NCBI GenBank assembly: GCA_963841015.1
Contig: CAWJAX010000002.1
Location: forward strand, 288,001-352,000
Reading direction: 5' to 3'
Origin: an uncultured Methanoregulaceae archaeon
Lineage (GTDB): Archaea > Halobacteriota > Methanomicrobia > Methanomicrobiales > Methanospirillaceae
Length of the DNA: 64,000 nucleotides
Translations under genes and position numbers: made by a program
The notes under the pieces: model-generated
The model's database searches: none
Told to the model about the DNA's origin: nothing
The model's input: only the letters and a program-made list of their open reading frames with translations
Shown: one piece after another, positions 41,920 to 52,739 of the stretch
Layout of the letters: the number at the start of each line of letters is the position of its first letter
How positions within the stretch are numbered: position 1 is the stretch's first letter

Positions 41920-42921
41920 ATGACCGGGAGGATTATTTCACCTGAACTCCTCATGGAGGAAGGAGAAGATCTAACGATCAGGCCGGCCAGACTGGATGAA
42001 TTTGTCGGGCAGATACAGGTTAAAGAGACACTGAAGATCGCGATCGAAGCTGCCCAGAAACGTGATGAACCCTTAGACCATCTCCTGTTTTCCGGGCCGC
42101 CGGGCCTCGGTAAGACCACACTAGCCCATATTATAGCCCATGAGATGAGTGCTGATATCAGGGCTACAACCGGCCCGGTGCTTGAAAAACCGGGGGATAT
42201 TGCAGCCCTACTCACCCCCTTAAAACGGGGTGATATCCTGTTTATCGACGAAATCCACCGGATTAACCCGGTTGTTGAAGAAGTGCTGTATCCTGCAATG
42301 GAGGATTTTTTTATCGATGTGATGATCGGTGAAGGGCCAAGTGCACGCTCGATAAAGCTCAACCTTGAACATTTCACCCTCATCGGGGCAACCACAAAAC
42401 AAGGCCTTTTAGGCGCCCCGTTCCGGGACCGGTTCGGTATCCTGTCCCGCCTCGATTTGTATTCCCCCAAAGAACTTGTAAAGATTGTTACGCGGAGTGC
42501 ATCCATCCTGAAGATCCCGATAACTGATGACGGTGCTGATGAGATAGCCCGTAGAAGCCGGGGAACGCCAAGGATTGTCAACCGGCTGTTGCGGCGTGTG
42601 AGGGATTTTGCTATTGTCAAAGGTGATGGTACCATCACGCATGAGATTGCCGCAAGGGCACTTCAGATGATGCAGATCGATGAGCTTGGACTTGACGAAC
42701 TGGACCGGCGCATTCTCTCTGTTATTGCAAAAGATTTTGACGGGGGTCCTGTAGGTGCGAAGACCATCGCGATCTCGGTCGGGGAAGAGGTACGTACCAT
42801 CGAGGATGTGTATGAACCGTACCTGATCCAGATCGGGTTTTTAAAACGCACCCCTCAGGGAAGGGAAGTCACACCCGCTGCAAAAAAGCATCTCAATAAT
42901 CCTCAAAAGACGCTGGTATAA
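41920..42921 (+). CDS. ruvB: Holliday junction helicase RuvB
   Basis: [31 protein letters not shown] and EPYL..RTPQGR. Confidence 0.96.
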   Translation: MTGRIISPELLMEEGEDLTIRPARLDEFVGQIQVKETLKIAIEAAQKRDEPLDHLLFSGPPGLGKTTLAHIIAHEMSADIRATTGPVLEKPGDIAALLTPLKRGDILFIDEIHRINPVVEEVLYPAMEDFFIDVMIGEGPSARSIKLNLEHFTLIGATTKQGLLGAPFRDRFGILSRLDLYSPKELVKIVTRSASILKIPITDDGADEIARRSRGTPRIVNRLLRRVRDFAIVKGDGTITHEIAARALQMMQIDELGLDELDRRILSVIAKDFDGGPVGAKTIAISVGEEVRTIEDVYEPYLIQIGFLKRTPQGREVTPAAKKHLNNPQKTLV

Positions 42922-43008
42922 GGAAGGGTTGGTGCATTTTCCGGATTCCGGTTAGCAAATAGAATACCCTTTCTGTTCATCATGATCTGATCCCGGAATT
43001 TCTTTTCA

Positions 43009-43650
43009 TCACTCGTTCTTTCTCATTGTCAGCAGGAACGGCAGCAGCATTACGACAGCGATGATCCCCATGAATTGCAGGAAAAAATACAGGAGCGTCT
43101 CGCGTGCCTGGTCGTAGAACCTGAGATCTGCTGACAGCGTCTTATTCCACTGGATCAGGGTTGTATTATCAGGGTACCGTGTAACATTGGCGCCAGGGCT
43201 GATTCCGGCAAGCAGTGGGTTTTGTACACTGAATTCCTGCGGGAGGGTAATATTGACATGATAGGGACTCTTGAAGGATGCCTGAAGGTGATTATCACGA
43301 AGGGGCGAAACATACGACACGGTATAATTTCCCCGTTCAAATGTCAATGCCCTGACATTGCTGGTAAACGAGGGTCCGGTCTGGTTGAACCGGCAGGGAG
43401 AACAATTCCCCGACAGCTGTACTTCTCCTACGGTGAGAGGTACAGGTTCACCGAGCATTCCGGTATCGACAAACTCATACCGCGACGAGTCCACGATCTC
43501 AATCGTGGCCCTGTACGCCGTCCCATTAGGGAAAATCAGATAATCCGCTGAGAGCGCTCCCGCAGAGGGGATAACTGCCAGCAGGATTATAAGTGCAGTG
43601 CAGAGAGCAGCGATGGCAGATCTGCGTTGATCTCTGTCGGGGGTTCGCAT
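43009..43650 (-). CDS. membrane-anchored secreted protein (DUF5803-like)
   Basis: Signal peptide, VQNPLLAGISPG, LRFYD and a C-terminal TM helix. The start overlaps the thrC 3' end. Confidence 0.75.
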   Translation of the reverse strand: MRTPDRDQRRSAIAALCTALIILLAVIPSAGALSADYLIFPNGTAYRATIEIVDSSRYEFVDTGMLGEPVPLTVGEVQLSGNCSPCRFNQTGPSFTSNVRALTFERGNYTVSYVSPLRDNHLQASFKSPYHVNITLPQEFSVQNPLLAGISPGANVTRYPDNTTLIQWNKTLSADLRFYDQARETLLYFFLQFMGIIAVVMLLPFLLTMRKNE

Positions 43651-44792
43651 TGTTTTATCACCGTATCCGGGTCTTTGAGCAGATGCCCGGTAACTACGCA
43701 GACGATTAGCTCATTCCGGTCAATCATACCGTTTTCTACCAGTTTTCGTACACCTGCAACTGAAGCGGCTGATGCCGGCTCAACACCTATACCCTCTTTT
43801 CGGGCGAGATCCCGCTGCATCTGCAGGATCTCTGCATCAGTGACGGACTCGGCAAGTCCGCCGGTCATCCTGATAGCAGTAAGGGCCTTTTCAGCATTGA
43901 CCGGTGCCCCGATCCGGATCGCTGTTGCTACGGTCTCGGGATTCGGCTCAGGGATCACTTCGGGAAAATTCTCACGAATTGCCCTCACAACCGGACTTGA
44001 CCCCTCGGCCTGGATGCCCGTCATCATCGGTAACCGGTCCATAAAACCCAGTTCCTGCAGTTCCATAAATCCCTTGTAGACTGCTGAGATATTGCCAGCA
44101 TTTCCCACGGGGAGAACAAACCGGTCCGGGACCTCACCAAGCTGGTCGAGTGCCTCAAAACCAATAGTCTTCTGTCCTTCCAGTCGATAGGGGTTGATGG
44201 AATTTAACAGATACAGTCCGTGGGAGAGGCAGAGATCATGCACCATTTCAAGAGCGCGATCAAAGTTGCCACGGATTGAGATAACCTGAGCGCCGTGCAT
44301 CAGTGCCTGTGCCACCTTACCCACCGCCACTTTCCCCGCGGGGAGGAGCACGACCGCCGGGATTCCTGCTTTTGCTGCATAGACCGCAAGGCTTGCTGAG
44401 GTATTCCCTGTACTCGCACAGGCAACACTCTTTTTCCCCAGCTGAATTGCCATAGAGACACCGACGGTCATACCCCGGTCCTTGAATGAACCGGAGGGGT
44501 TCATGCCCTCGTGTTTTGCGTAGAGATGTTTTAGACCCATCTCCTGCCCAAGCCTTTTTAGGTGGTAGAGCGGAGTCCCTCCTTCCTGCAGCGTTATGGG
44601 ATCTATCTGGACAGGAAGCAGTTCCCGGTACCGCCATACCGAGAGCGGACGCTTCTCCCACATCGTTTTTGTTACAGTTATTTTGTCCAGGGGATATTTT
44701 ACGGCAAGGAGATGACCGCATTTTTTGCAATTATACAGGATCTCGTCAGCGGGATAGGTGGCTCCACAGTTGACGCATACGAGATGATACAT
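43587..44792 (-). CDS. thrC: threonine synthase
   Basis: NPSGSFKDRG, ASTGNT, PVGNAGN, EPASA and TGHLLKD. Confidence 0.96.
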   Translation of the reverse strand: MYHLVCVNCGATYPADEILYNCKKCGHLLAVKYPLDKITVTKTMWEKRPLSVWRYRELLPVQIDPITLQEGGTPLYHLKRLGQEMGLKHLYAKHEGMNPSGSFKDRGMTVGVSMAIQLGKKSVACASTGNTSASLAVYAAKAGIPAVVLLPAGKVAVGKVAQALMHGAQVISIRGNFDRALEMVHDLCLSHGLYLLNSINPYRLEGQKTIGFEALDQLGEVPDRFVLPVGNAGNISAVYKGFMELQELGFMDRLPMMTGIQAEGSSPVVRAIRENFPEVIPEPNPETVATAIRIGAPVNAEKALTAIRMTGGLAESVTDAEILQMQRDLARKEGIGVEPASAASVAGVRKLVENGMIDRNELIVCVVTGHLLKDPDTVIKQCEPPTEINADLPSLLSALHL

Positions 44793-44912
44793 GGTATTGT
44801 ATTGGTCTTTTGATTACATATAGGCGTGCGTTTTTCCCGGAGGATAAACGGCGGTCTTCAGGATTTTTTACCATCAGTTCATCGAAGAAAGGACAATGAT
44901 ATCCCTTTTTTC

Positions 44913-45752
44913 TTATTCTTTTTTCTTCGTAAGAAGTGTGTGATAAAGTGCATCCCTACGGTCTTTTTCTACCGGGAATGCGCTTTTTGTCCTCTCTACC
45001 TCTCCGGGATCAATATCTGAGAAGAGGAGTTGCTCTGCTTCATCAGCGCGACTGATAATCGTCCCGTGGGGATCTGCTGTCATCGATGCACCTGAGTAGA
45101 GATCAACAGGAGTCTTTCCGGTGGTATTTACCCCCAGAATATACATCTGGTTTTCTGCAGCCCGTGCTGTGATGAACAACTCCCAGTGCCTGATGCGGCT
45201 TTGTGGCCAGGCTGCCGGAACGAAAACTGCATGGACGCCCTTTTTGGCATACAGCCTGAAGAGTTCAGGAAACCGGAGGTCATAACATATTGCGATACCA
45301 CAGGTCAGCGAATCAAAGGTAAATAAGCCCAGATCCGTGCCAGGGGAGTTTGCTTCATGTTCATGGCAGAAAGAGAACAGGTGCATCTTTGCATAGCTTG
45401 CAAGAATCCTGCCATCGCTGCCGATGGCGACGGCAGTGTTTTTTGGAAGCGGGTCATATGCTTCCCGCATTGAACCAAGGATGCCAATCCTGTAATCTTT
45501 TGCATATACCTGAAGAGAAGAAATTACACTTCCGTGAATATCCTGGATATTTTTGTGGGGCTGGGGGTCCCATCCTGTTGCAAACTGTTCAGGAAAACAG
45601 ATCAGTTTTGCGCCGCAATCAGCAGCATGCCGTATGAAAGTTTCTGCCTTTCTTAGCGTCTTTTCAGGATCTTCCCAGGCACTCGCGATCTGTGCACTAC
45701 ACACTCTGATGATATGGCCAGCATTCCGGTTTTGGCTTTCGTCTAAGGACAT
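44913..45752 (-). CDS. carbon-nitrogen hydrolase (nitrilase/omega-amidase family)
   Basis: FPE, YAKMHLF and ICYDLRFPE (E-K-C triad). Confidence 0.92.
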   Translation of the reverse strand: MSLDESQNRNAGHIIRVCSAQIASAWEDPEKTLRKAETFIRHAADCGAKLICFPEQFATGWDPQPHKNIQDIHGSVISSLQVYAKDYRIGILGSMREAYDPLPKNTAVAIGSDGRILASYAKMHLFSFCHEHEANSPGTDLGLFTFDSLTCGIAICYDLRFPELFRLYAKKGVHAVFVPAAWPQSRIRHWELFITARAAENQMYILGVNTTGKTPVDLYSGASMTADPHGTIISRADEAEQLLFSDIDPGEVERTKSAFPVEKDRRDALYHTLLTKKKE

Positions 45753-46000
45753 TGGTTATTGCATTCCCCTGACAAGATAAAATTACAATTCTGACGCTTC
45801 GTATTCCCTTAAGCATTGTGCAGCGTCAAAGAGTAATAGACATTTTGGTCACCTATACGGCGGGAAAAAACTCCAAAGAAACTGACATGAATCGATATGG
45901 TTCATACCAAAACCATAAAAATCGTTCTTTTTACAATAGACTCCCGCCTCAGTGCCTCTCCGAAGTGTGGCGGGAAGGAAGTTTTTCTAAAATACTCTGA

Positions 46001-46140
46001 TGGAGGGGACAGTGCGACCCCCCAGACCATCTCTGGGTTGCAAGATAGTGCTGTATTCCCTTTTCAGGTCTAATCGCATTCCGGGAGCTGCCTCAGCGGT
46101 GGGGGTGAAAGGCACTATTTGCCGAAGCCCCCAGGAGCGT
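46001..46140. repeat. dispersed intergenic repeat family A, copy 2 (inverted relative to copies 1 and 4)
   Basis: The reverse complement has ACGCTCCTGGGGGCTTC..TTTCACCCCC.CCGCTGAGGC..TGCGATT..GCACTGTCCCCTCC. It shares the exact 17-mer GAAGCCCCCAGGAGCGT with 55279-55295. Confidence 0.75.
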
Positions 46141-46251
46141 TAAGATGAGGGGGCGTCTCTTTGGGAGCGGCATCAATTATCTTACCTGATGGATAGAATG
46201 GTAATATCCTTGCATCATGAAAGGAATTCTGCAAAATCAAAAAGAGAGATT

Positions 46252-46704
46252 TTAGTATTCGTAAATGACGGATTCATCAATCCGCGAATACGTAACCAGT
46301 TCATTTTGTTTAAAGTGGATTGCAATCTCGCGGGCTGCGCTCTCCGGGGAGTCGGAGCCATGAATGACGTTCCGGCTGATGTCAATACCAAAATCGCCCC
46401 GTATAGTGCCTGGTTCTGCTTCCTGTGGATTGGTTGCTCCAATAACTTTACGGGCGATCGATACCACACTCCTGCCTTCCCAGACCATGAGAAAACAGGG
46501 TCCTCCCATTATATATTGTTTAAGGGATGGAAAAAATGGTTTTGCAAGATGTTCACGGTACTGTTCTGTAACACGCACCTCGGGAAGTTTCTCAAAACGC
46601 GCTGCTATGAGTTTCAGGCCTTTTGCTTCAAGCCGTGAAACGATCTCACCCACAAGGCCCCGCTGAACCCCATCAGGCTTCACCATAATAAAGGTGCGGT
46701 CCAT
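46252..46704 (-). CDS. ndk: nucleoside diphosphate kinase
   Basis: [22 protein letters not shown] and NVIHGSDS. Confidence 0.97.
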   Translation of the reverse strand: MDRTFIMVKPDGVQRGLVGEIVSRLEAKGLKLIAARFEKLPEVRVTEQYREHLAKPFFPSLKQYIMGGPCFLMVWEGRSVVSIARKVIGATNPQEAEPGTIRGDFGIDISRNVIHGSDSPESAAREIAIHFKQNELVTYSRIDESVIYEY

Positions 46705-46712
46705 CTGCGATT

Positions 46713-46904
46713 TCACTCCTTATTTGCAGCCTTCTTTCCTGCAGCAGTCCACTGGACCCGTCGGGGAACCCTGCCGAGCTTGTAATTGTTCTGGCACTTG
46801 GTACTGCAGAAGTAAAAGATGGTGCCGTCCTTTCTGACATACATCTTGCCAGTACCAGGTTCAAGCTGAATGCCGCAGAAACTGCAGGGATGTTGTTCAA
46901 CCAT
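46713..46904 (-). CDS. rpl24e: 50S ribosomal protein L24e
   Basis: [22 protein letters not shown]. Confidence 0.96.
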   Translation of the reverse strand: MVEQHPCSFCGIQLEPGTGKMYVRKDGTIFYFCSTKCQNNYKLGRVPRRVQWTAAGKKAANKE

Positions 46905-46910
46905 CTCCCT

Positions 46911-47120
46911 TCACCGCCTCGACATTTTCTTTGCTTCGCGTTCGGTCTCAAGGAGCATTACAATATCTCCTTCACGGATTGGACCGACCGTGTTGCGGGT
47001 AATGATACGTCCCTTGTTGTTTCCGTCAAGGATACGACACTTTACCTGCATTGCTTCTCCGTGCATGCCGGTCGAGCCAACAACCTCAATCACTTCGGCT
47101 GGCGTTGCATCGTCTGCCAT
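46911..47120 (-). CDS. rps28e: 30S ribosomal protein S28e
   Basis: [12 protein letters not shown] and GPIREGD..ETEREA. Confidence 0.96.
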   Translation of the reverse strand: MADDATPAEVIEVVGSTGMHGEAMQVKCRILDGNNKGRIITRNTVGPIREGDIVMLLETEREAKKMSRR

Positions 47121-47130
47121 AGTAGAATCC

Positions 47131-47499
47131 TCACGCCTTCAGCGCGGTCAGCTGCCTGGTAAGATCTTCAATCGTTTCTTTTGCCTTGCCGGGTTTTACA
47201 ATAGCAGCAGCAGCTGAGCCTACGTCAAGACCGCTTGCGGCGCCAATATCGTTCTGCTTGTTGATGAAGATATACGGAACTTTCTTTTCATCACAGAGCG
47301 GTCCAAGATGCATTACAATCTCTTCAGGTTCCACATCTGCCCCAATTAATACGAGCAGAGCGATGCTGCGTTCAATGGCTTTTGTAGCTTCATTGGATCC
47401 TTTCTTGATCTTGCCTGTATCCCGTGCAACTTCAAGGGCCTCAAGCGCCTTGTTCTGAAGCTCGTCCGGAGCCTGCGTTTTAACGTAACCTTTTGCCAT
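47131..47499 (-). CDS. rpl7ae: 50S ribosomal protein L7Ae
   Basis: [13 protein letters not shown] and [11 protein letters not shown]. Confidence 0.97.
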   Translation of the reverse strand: MAKGYVKTQAPDELQNKALEALEVARDTGKIKKGSNEATKAIERSIALLVLIGADVEPEEIVMHLGPLCDEKKVPYIFINKQNDIGAASGLDVGSAAAAIVKPGKAKETIEDLTRQLTALKA

Positions 47500-47560
47500 A
47501 ACTCACCTCATTCAGGAGTAGAATGCTCCTTCATTACTCATCAGTCAGCAATGATGTAGC
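47500..47560 (-). promoter_or_regulatory. rpl7ae 5' leader with K-turn/K-loop-like hairpins
   Basis: Minus strand CATTGC-TGACTGATGA-GTAATG and TGA-AGGAG-CATTCTA-CTCCT-GAATGA run into the SD GAGGTGA. TATA-like CTTTATTT at 47583-47590. Confidence 0.55.
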
Positions 47561-47657
47561 CATATCATTTTATCAGGAGCGGAAATAAAGGTTTGTGAAT
47601 CACTGGCAGAAAGTGTAAAAATAACCTCAGGTTTTTATTACTGCTTTCTGATGTTCA

Positions 47658-49652
47658 TTATCCCGTAAGCAGGTATATTTCCGCTCCATTTACAGAATAA
47701 ATTTTCTCAAGACCATTGGCTGAGATATTTACCCGATAGCGCTCACGCTCACTATCACCCACGTAGAGAAGAGTGGCATTATATTTTTTCATAAGTTCAA
47801 CCGTCTTATCAGGTTCTTCATAGATTGATTGTACATCAGCCAGTCGCGTGCTGAACCAGCCTGTATCATCGCCCCGCCACATATACTCATGAAATGGCAT
47901 ACCAATAATTGCCGGAATCCCGGTGAAGGAAGAAACCCGCGAGTAATAGGTATAGTCCCCTCCCTCAGCCTCAACTATACGGTAGTCACCCTGAAGTGTC
48001 CTCAAATAGGTTACTCCCCCAAAATCACCGGCATGTGAGTCTTTGAGATATGCAAGCCCATCGAGGGTTCCTGTTCCATAACTCAGATTGAACGGAATAA
48101 TAAACGGGGCTACGAAGAGCAGGCCAACCACGGTAATTGTTATAATCGCTGTGTTCCGGGCAGAAATAACCGGTATCCATCTGCATTCAGACAGCCAATT
48201 CCCGATCATCGTTGTTGCTGCAATGCCAAGAATGATCCATGCAGGAAGATAACACTTGAAGACGGTATTCATCCGGAAGAAGGTATCTCCCATATTGTCT
48301 TTGAGATAGAACAACTCACAGAAGATCACAAGGAGTAATCCAATGCTGGCAAGGATATCGGGAAGATCGTGATGCTCACGTGCGAGGAAATAAATAAAAA
48401 GAACCACCGCAATTGCTGCAGCGAGGTAACCCGTTAGAACAAAAGGAATCACCGCAAGGAGAAGATACGGTCGCTTGACAATGTCCCTCCAGAGGAATGC
48501 AAAAAAAATGGCAAAGAACAATCCGTTTACCAGCAGGAACTCGAAAGGATTCGAGGGGGTATGAACGATTGAGATACCCCCGGTGTTTGTCTTTAACTGG
48601 AGGTAAAACGGCAGATAGCACAATATGGCAAGTGGCGGAACGGTTGCCAGGTGCCAGCACGATGAAAAACTGTTTGTTTTTTTCCACACTCTCCAGATGA
48701 TCAGGATCCCGAACAGGATCGTGACGGGAGCATAAATCAAAACGTCCCACGTATTGAATAACGGCATAGAGCCGAGACTGAGCGCGCAAAAAATACTGAC
48801 AAGCCATTTTGCCCGGTTTTCAAGGGATTCCCATCGTTTATAGGCGTAGAGAAGTAAGAAGATTAAAAAAATCTGGTTGAAGAGCGAGACTACATGGGCA
48901 TGGACATCTCCCCAGATGAATGAGAAAAGAGGGTATTCGTTGATGGTATTGGTGATTGTTCGTGTACTATCCCAGAAAACAGTATTCAGGGCTTTTCCCT
49001 GTGCAATCTGATAAAAAAATGATGGATTCGGTATGAAGAGAATGAGGAGTGGCAACCACCGGAATTTTTTCAGCATCAGGTTCCCTATCGCGTAAAGGTT
49101 AATCGCTGAAAAACTGAAGACCGTTGGTAAAGCAAGGTTGAACGCGATATTCGACGGTACTCCGGTGACAATCCCAAGACACCCGAACATCCAGTATCCC
49201 AGGTAATAATAGACATTCAGGGACCCTCCGGCGAACCATGGATCAAGTGGTGGTACCACGGGATTGCGCATCACTGATGAAAGAAACGCATGGTCCATGA
49301 ATTTTTCTGCATATGATATGGTGGGATTGACAAACCGCACATCAAGCATAAGGAAAAAACAGATAAGGAATACCATCTCCCAGCGCCATTCTGTCCTGAG
49401 CTCTTCCAGGGAATAGTGGCGGTACCAGAGATGGTAACAGATAAGTGCCAGAAATGGCAGAAGGGCAATCTGTACAGGAATGTGGAGAAGGCCACAGTAC
49501 CAGGAAAGGATGGTGAATGCAAGGAGTGATGCGGTGAATGATACCGGAAATGCAAAGCTCTTAAATGTTTTTTTCAGCGATGGGTACAAAGAAATCTGAA
49601 TAAGGGTAAGGACACCAAGCCAGCTTATCACAGAAAAAATCTGCTGTTCCAC
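47658..49652 (-). CDS. DUF2298 / Chlor_Arch_YYY membrane protein (GT-C-like)
   Basis: EKFMD, PPLDPWFAG..VYYYLG, TINEYP..GDVHAH, NTWD and RMNTVFK, with many TM helices. Confidence 0.88.
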   Translation of the reverse strand: MEQQIFSVISWLGVLTLIQISLYPSLKKTFKSFAFPVSFTASLLAFTILSWYCGLLHIPVQIALLPFLALICYHLWYRHYSLEELRTEWRWEMVFLICFFLMLDVRFVNPTISYAEKFMDHAFLSSVMRNPVVPPLDPWFAGGSLNVYYYLGYWMFGCLGIVTGVPSNIAFNLALPTVFSFSAINLYAIGNLMLKKFRWLPLLILFIPNPSFFYQIAQGKALNTVFWDSTRTITNTINEYPLFSFIWGDVHAHVVSLFNQIFLIFLLLYAYKRWESLENRAKWLVSIFCALSLGSMPLFNTWDVLIYAPVTILFGILIIWRVWKKTNSFSSCWHLATVPPLAILCYLPFYLQLKTNTGGISIVHTPSNPFEFLLVNGLFFAIFFAFLWRDIVKRPYLLLAVIPFVLTGYLAAAIAVVLFIYFLAREHHDLPDILASIGLLLVIFCELFYLKDNMGDTFFRMNTVFKCYLPAWIILGIAATTMIGNWLSECRWIPVISARNTAIITITVVGLLFVAPFIIPFNLSYGTGTLDGLAYLKDSHAGDFGGVTYLRTLQGDYRIVEAEGGDYTYYSRVSSFTGIPAIIGMPFHEYMWRGDDTGWFSTRLADVQSIYEEPDKTVELMKKYNATLLYVGDSERERYRVNISANGLEKIYSVNGAEIYLLTG

Positions 49653-49654
49653 GG

Positions 49655-50620
49655 TCAGGACGATTTCCCCCCTTCCAGCTTTGAATCAATGACCGTCCGG
49701 ATGCTGGGGATGACCCAGTCCCCGAAGTAATAAATTGAGACGATCCCGCCCGCGAGAGTTACAAGGTTTTTGATCAGGTGATCTATAACAGCAATGAGTG
49801 TTGCAACAGCTGGATCAACCCCGGCAAGCCCGAATGTTATTGCCAGAGAAATCTCATACGTTCCAACCCCCCCCGGTGTGAGCGGAATAGCCTTTACAAG
49901 GTTTCCAATTACAATGGCAAGAACAATTACGGCAAAAGGGATCTGCTGCTGAAACATCATTACCACGGCAACGCAGACAAGTATATCCAGGAGCCAGATT
50001 ACCGATGAAGAGAACCCAAGTACTACAATAGATTTCAGTGACAACGAAGCTCGTTTTATCTCGTGCAGGATCGTCAGAATTATCGCGATGTACCGGTTTT
50101 CTGATGAAAATTTACCCATAAAAAGCAACAGGACAAAAAAAATCACACCGGCTGCAAGCGGCACCACAATGAGAGTGTAGAACCATGCAGGTACGTTAAC
50201 AACGAAGAAGAGTGCTACTGCACCAAGGAGTGCTACCGTGAAGATGTCAAAAATCCGCTCGACAACCAGCGAAGAAACTCCTTCCGAATAGGTAACATTA
50301 TATTCGTGTTTCAGGATGAGAACACGTACAAAATCTCCAAGACGTGCAGGAACTATCAGGTTAACCATCTGACTGACAAAAATACAGGCAGTAGATGCCG
50401 TAACGCCGACCTGGTAACTGAGGTTTTTGAGAATGATATGGTACCGCCATCCACGTAACCACCAGGCACAAAGGCAGATGATTGTGCCCACGACAAGATA
50501 TGCAGGAATACTATTCTGGAGCGCAATGAGGAGATCATCCCAGACCCTGTAGAGCATAAAGGCGACAATACCGATCGCAATAACGGTCGGAATGACAATT
50601 GCACTAATTTTTCGATACAT
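49655..50620 (-). CDS. UPF0104/LPG-synthase-TM family flippase-like protein
   Basis: RGWRY, NLIVPARLGDFVR, ERIFD and PLTPGGVGTYE. Confidence 0.88.
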   Translation of the reverse strand: MYRKISAIVIPTVIAIGIVAFMLYRVWDDLLIALQNSIPAYLVVGTIICLCAWWLRGWRYHIILKNLSYQVGVTASTACIFVSQMVNLIVPARLGDFVRVLILKHEYNVTYSEGVSSLVVERIFDIFTVALLGAVALFFVVNVPAWFYTLIVVPLAAGVIFFVLLLFMGKFSSENRYIAIILTILHEIKRASLSLKSIVVLGFSSSVIWLLDILVCVAVVMMFQQQIPFAVIVLAIVIGNLVKAIPLTPGGVGTYEISLAITFGLAGVDPAVATLIAVIDHLIKNLVTLAGGIVSIYYFGDWVIPSIRTVIDSKLEGGKSS

Positions 50621-51320
50621 GAATCTGCCACCACAACCTCAGGATCGATGAACCCATCTCAAAAACATCTTTTACCTTCACAGTAGTCCCTTTACCTGCC
50701 CGCCAGCGGACCGGAAATTCACGGATGCGTGCTCCGTGATGCTGGGAGCGGACGAGAATCTCGGTATCCCAGAACCAGTGGCTGGAACGTATGGATGGGA
50801 GTATTGGGAGGATATATTCCTTCCTGAATGCTTTAAAACCGCACTGGTGATCGTAGATTCTGCTTCCCAGAAAAAGTCTGACCAGAAAATTATAGGAACG
50901 ACTCGCTATCTCGCGACCGCCGGTACGCACGGTATCACTCTCAGGCATCAGCCTTGATCCGGTTGCAATATCTGCCCCTTCACGTATAGCCCCTATGAGC
51001 TCAGGAAGATGCTGCAAATCGGTTGCGAGATCAACATCATAGTAACACACAATATTCCCTTTGGACTCATGAATCGCCCGGTTGAGCGCTTTTCCCCGAC
51101 CCAGTCGTTCATCACTATGGAGAAGATGTATACGGTTATCACCTAGTTCGTACTGACGAACAAAGTCAGTGCTTCCATCGGTGCTGCCGTCTTCTGCGAT
51201 GATCAACTCAAAGCTGTTCGTAATCCGGGACAGAAGTTCAATAGATCGGGGAATAGCAATCCCGAGTGCATGAAGGTCGTTAAAAACAGGAATGACTACG
51301 GTTACATCAGTTCCTGCCAT
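50604..51320 (-). CDS. GT2 polyprenol-phosphate glycosyltransferase
   Basis: VVIPVFN, EDGSTDG, GRGKAL, DVD, DHQCGFKAF and WFWDTEIL. Confidence 0.92.
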   Translation of the reverse strand: MAGTDVTVVIPVFNDLHALGIAIPRSIELLSRITNSFELIIAEDGSTDGSTDFVRQYELGDNRIHLLHSDERLGRGKALNRAIHESKGNIVCYYDVDLATDLQHLPELIGAIREGADIATGSRLMPESDTVRTGGREIASRSYNFLVRLFLGSRIYDHQCGFKAFRKEYILPILPSIRSSHWFWDTEILVRSQHHGARIREFPVRWRAGKGTTVKVKDVFEMGSSILRLWWQIHVSKN

Positions 51321-52545
51321 GGGTACTCCAGGTCCTGATATATGCCGCTACCTCAGATCCGGCACGAACTGATCCCTCCATACTTCTTTCCGGGTAATTT
51401 GTGGGGGAAAACATTCCTGCCATAAATAATCCCCGTTGTTCAAACTCAGGGATAAGACTGCGGTATCCCGTTGTGTACACAGGACCTGCCCAGGGATCAA
51501 CGGCCATTTTGTACCAGTGGATCTCATCCCTGGTTACAGAGAACCTGGTGCAAAAATCCTCAATCATCCGTAAGTCGAGTCGTGGTGAAACTGTGCCAGT
51601 AAAGTAGGATGCCAGATAAACGATATGTTCCCCGTATCTATTAATAGGAACAAAATTTGTATGGGCTACCACTGCACCGTAAGGAGCTTCATCTTTCATG
51701 TTAAGCCAGTAAATACCCCCAGTCACCTCACGTTCAAGTGCGAGCGTCATGCATGCAGCACCCTGGTAGGGAACAGAGAGCATTGCCGGACCACCCATTC
51801 TCTCGAGTTCCTGGGGTGGTATTGTAGAAATAATTGTGTCATACCGTTTGCCATTTGCCTCCCAGGCTCCGTTCTTGCGGGAAACAGAAGAGACCGGGGT
51901 CTGCTTCCGGATAATCCCGCCTTTAAGCGTAATTGATTTTTCGAGGGCATCGATAAGTTGATGAAATCCCCCATTCATGTATCCCAGATGTTCTCCTGAA
52001 ACACCACGATTTGAGCGAATAGCAATCCGGCTGAATAACCATGCTGCCGAAACTTCTTTTCTCCGTTCCCCAAATTTACTCTTTAAGAGTGGTTCGAAAA
52101 ATGATGAATAAATGTTTTTTCCGAGATGTTTCAAAATATACTGCTCAGCCGGGATGTTATCAAGGGTCTTGAGATCTGTTTTTTTTGCTTTGAATGTAAG
52201 TCTGGCAAGTTTTACTTTATCCATAAGCGTGAGTTCGGGATAGAGCAGGATTTCAAGAGGGGTGTTCAACCGATAGATCTTATTGCCTGCAAAATAACCA
52301 GTTGTACCAGTTTTCCATTCAAGTTTGTCAATCAGACCCAGATCGGTTATTAATGCAAAAAGACTGTTGTCCGTCGAGAAACAATGGTGATAATACCGTT
52401 CTATCCAGTAATTGTTAACGTTATAGGATGAGAGGCAACCCCCGAGGAAAGGCATTTTTTCAAAAAGATCTACCTCGTGATCCTGCACAAGTCTGTGGGC
52501 AGCAACAAGTCCCGTCAACCCTCCCCCGATTACGGCGATTTTCAT
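51307..52545 (-). CDS. FAD-dependent oxidoreductase (amine oxidase/HemY-like)
   Basis: IGGGLTGL, GG..IERYYHH and YPERSMEGSV. Confidence 0.85.
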   Translation of the reverse strand: MKIAVIGGGLTGLVAAHRLVQDHEVDLFEKMPFLGGCLSSYNVNNYWIERYYHHCFSTDNSLFALITDLGLIDKLEWKTGTTGYFAGNKIYRLNTPLEILLYPELTLMDKVKLARLTFKAKKTDLKTLDNIPAEQYILKHLGKNIYSSFFEPLLKSKFGERRKEVSAAWLFSRIAIRSNRGVSGEHLGYMNGGFHQLIDALEKSITLKGGIIRKQTPVSSVSRKNGAWEANGKRYDTIISTIPPQELERMGGPAMLSVPYQGAACMTLALEREVTGGIYWLNMKDEAPYGAVVAHTNFVPINRYGEHIVYLASYFTGTVSPRLDLRMIEDFCTRFSVTRDEIHWYKMAVDPWAGPVYTTGYRSLIPEFEQRGLFMAGMFSPTNYPERSMEGSVRAGSEVAAYIRTWSTHGRN

Positions 52546-52739
52546 GATGAGTATTCTATAGTATTTTTCAGGGCGAAATGAAAAAGGCTCCGTATATTTA
52601 CTGCAAATCGGCATAATCTCCTCGGAGAAATTATAAGAAAGTTTTTGTATTGTCGAAATAAACGGTAATAACATCAAAAGGCCTTAAAGAGAATAAAAGA
52701 AAGTAACTATCTCTCAGCCCATTGGAGGGTGTCAATACA

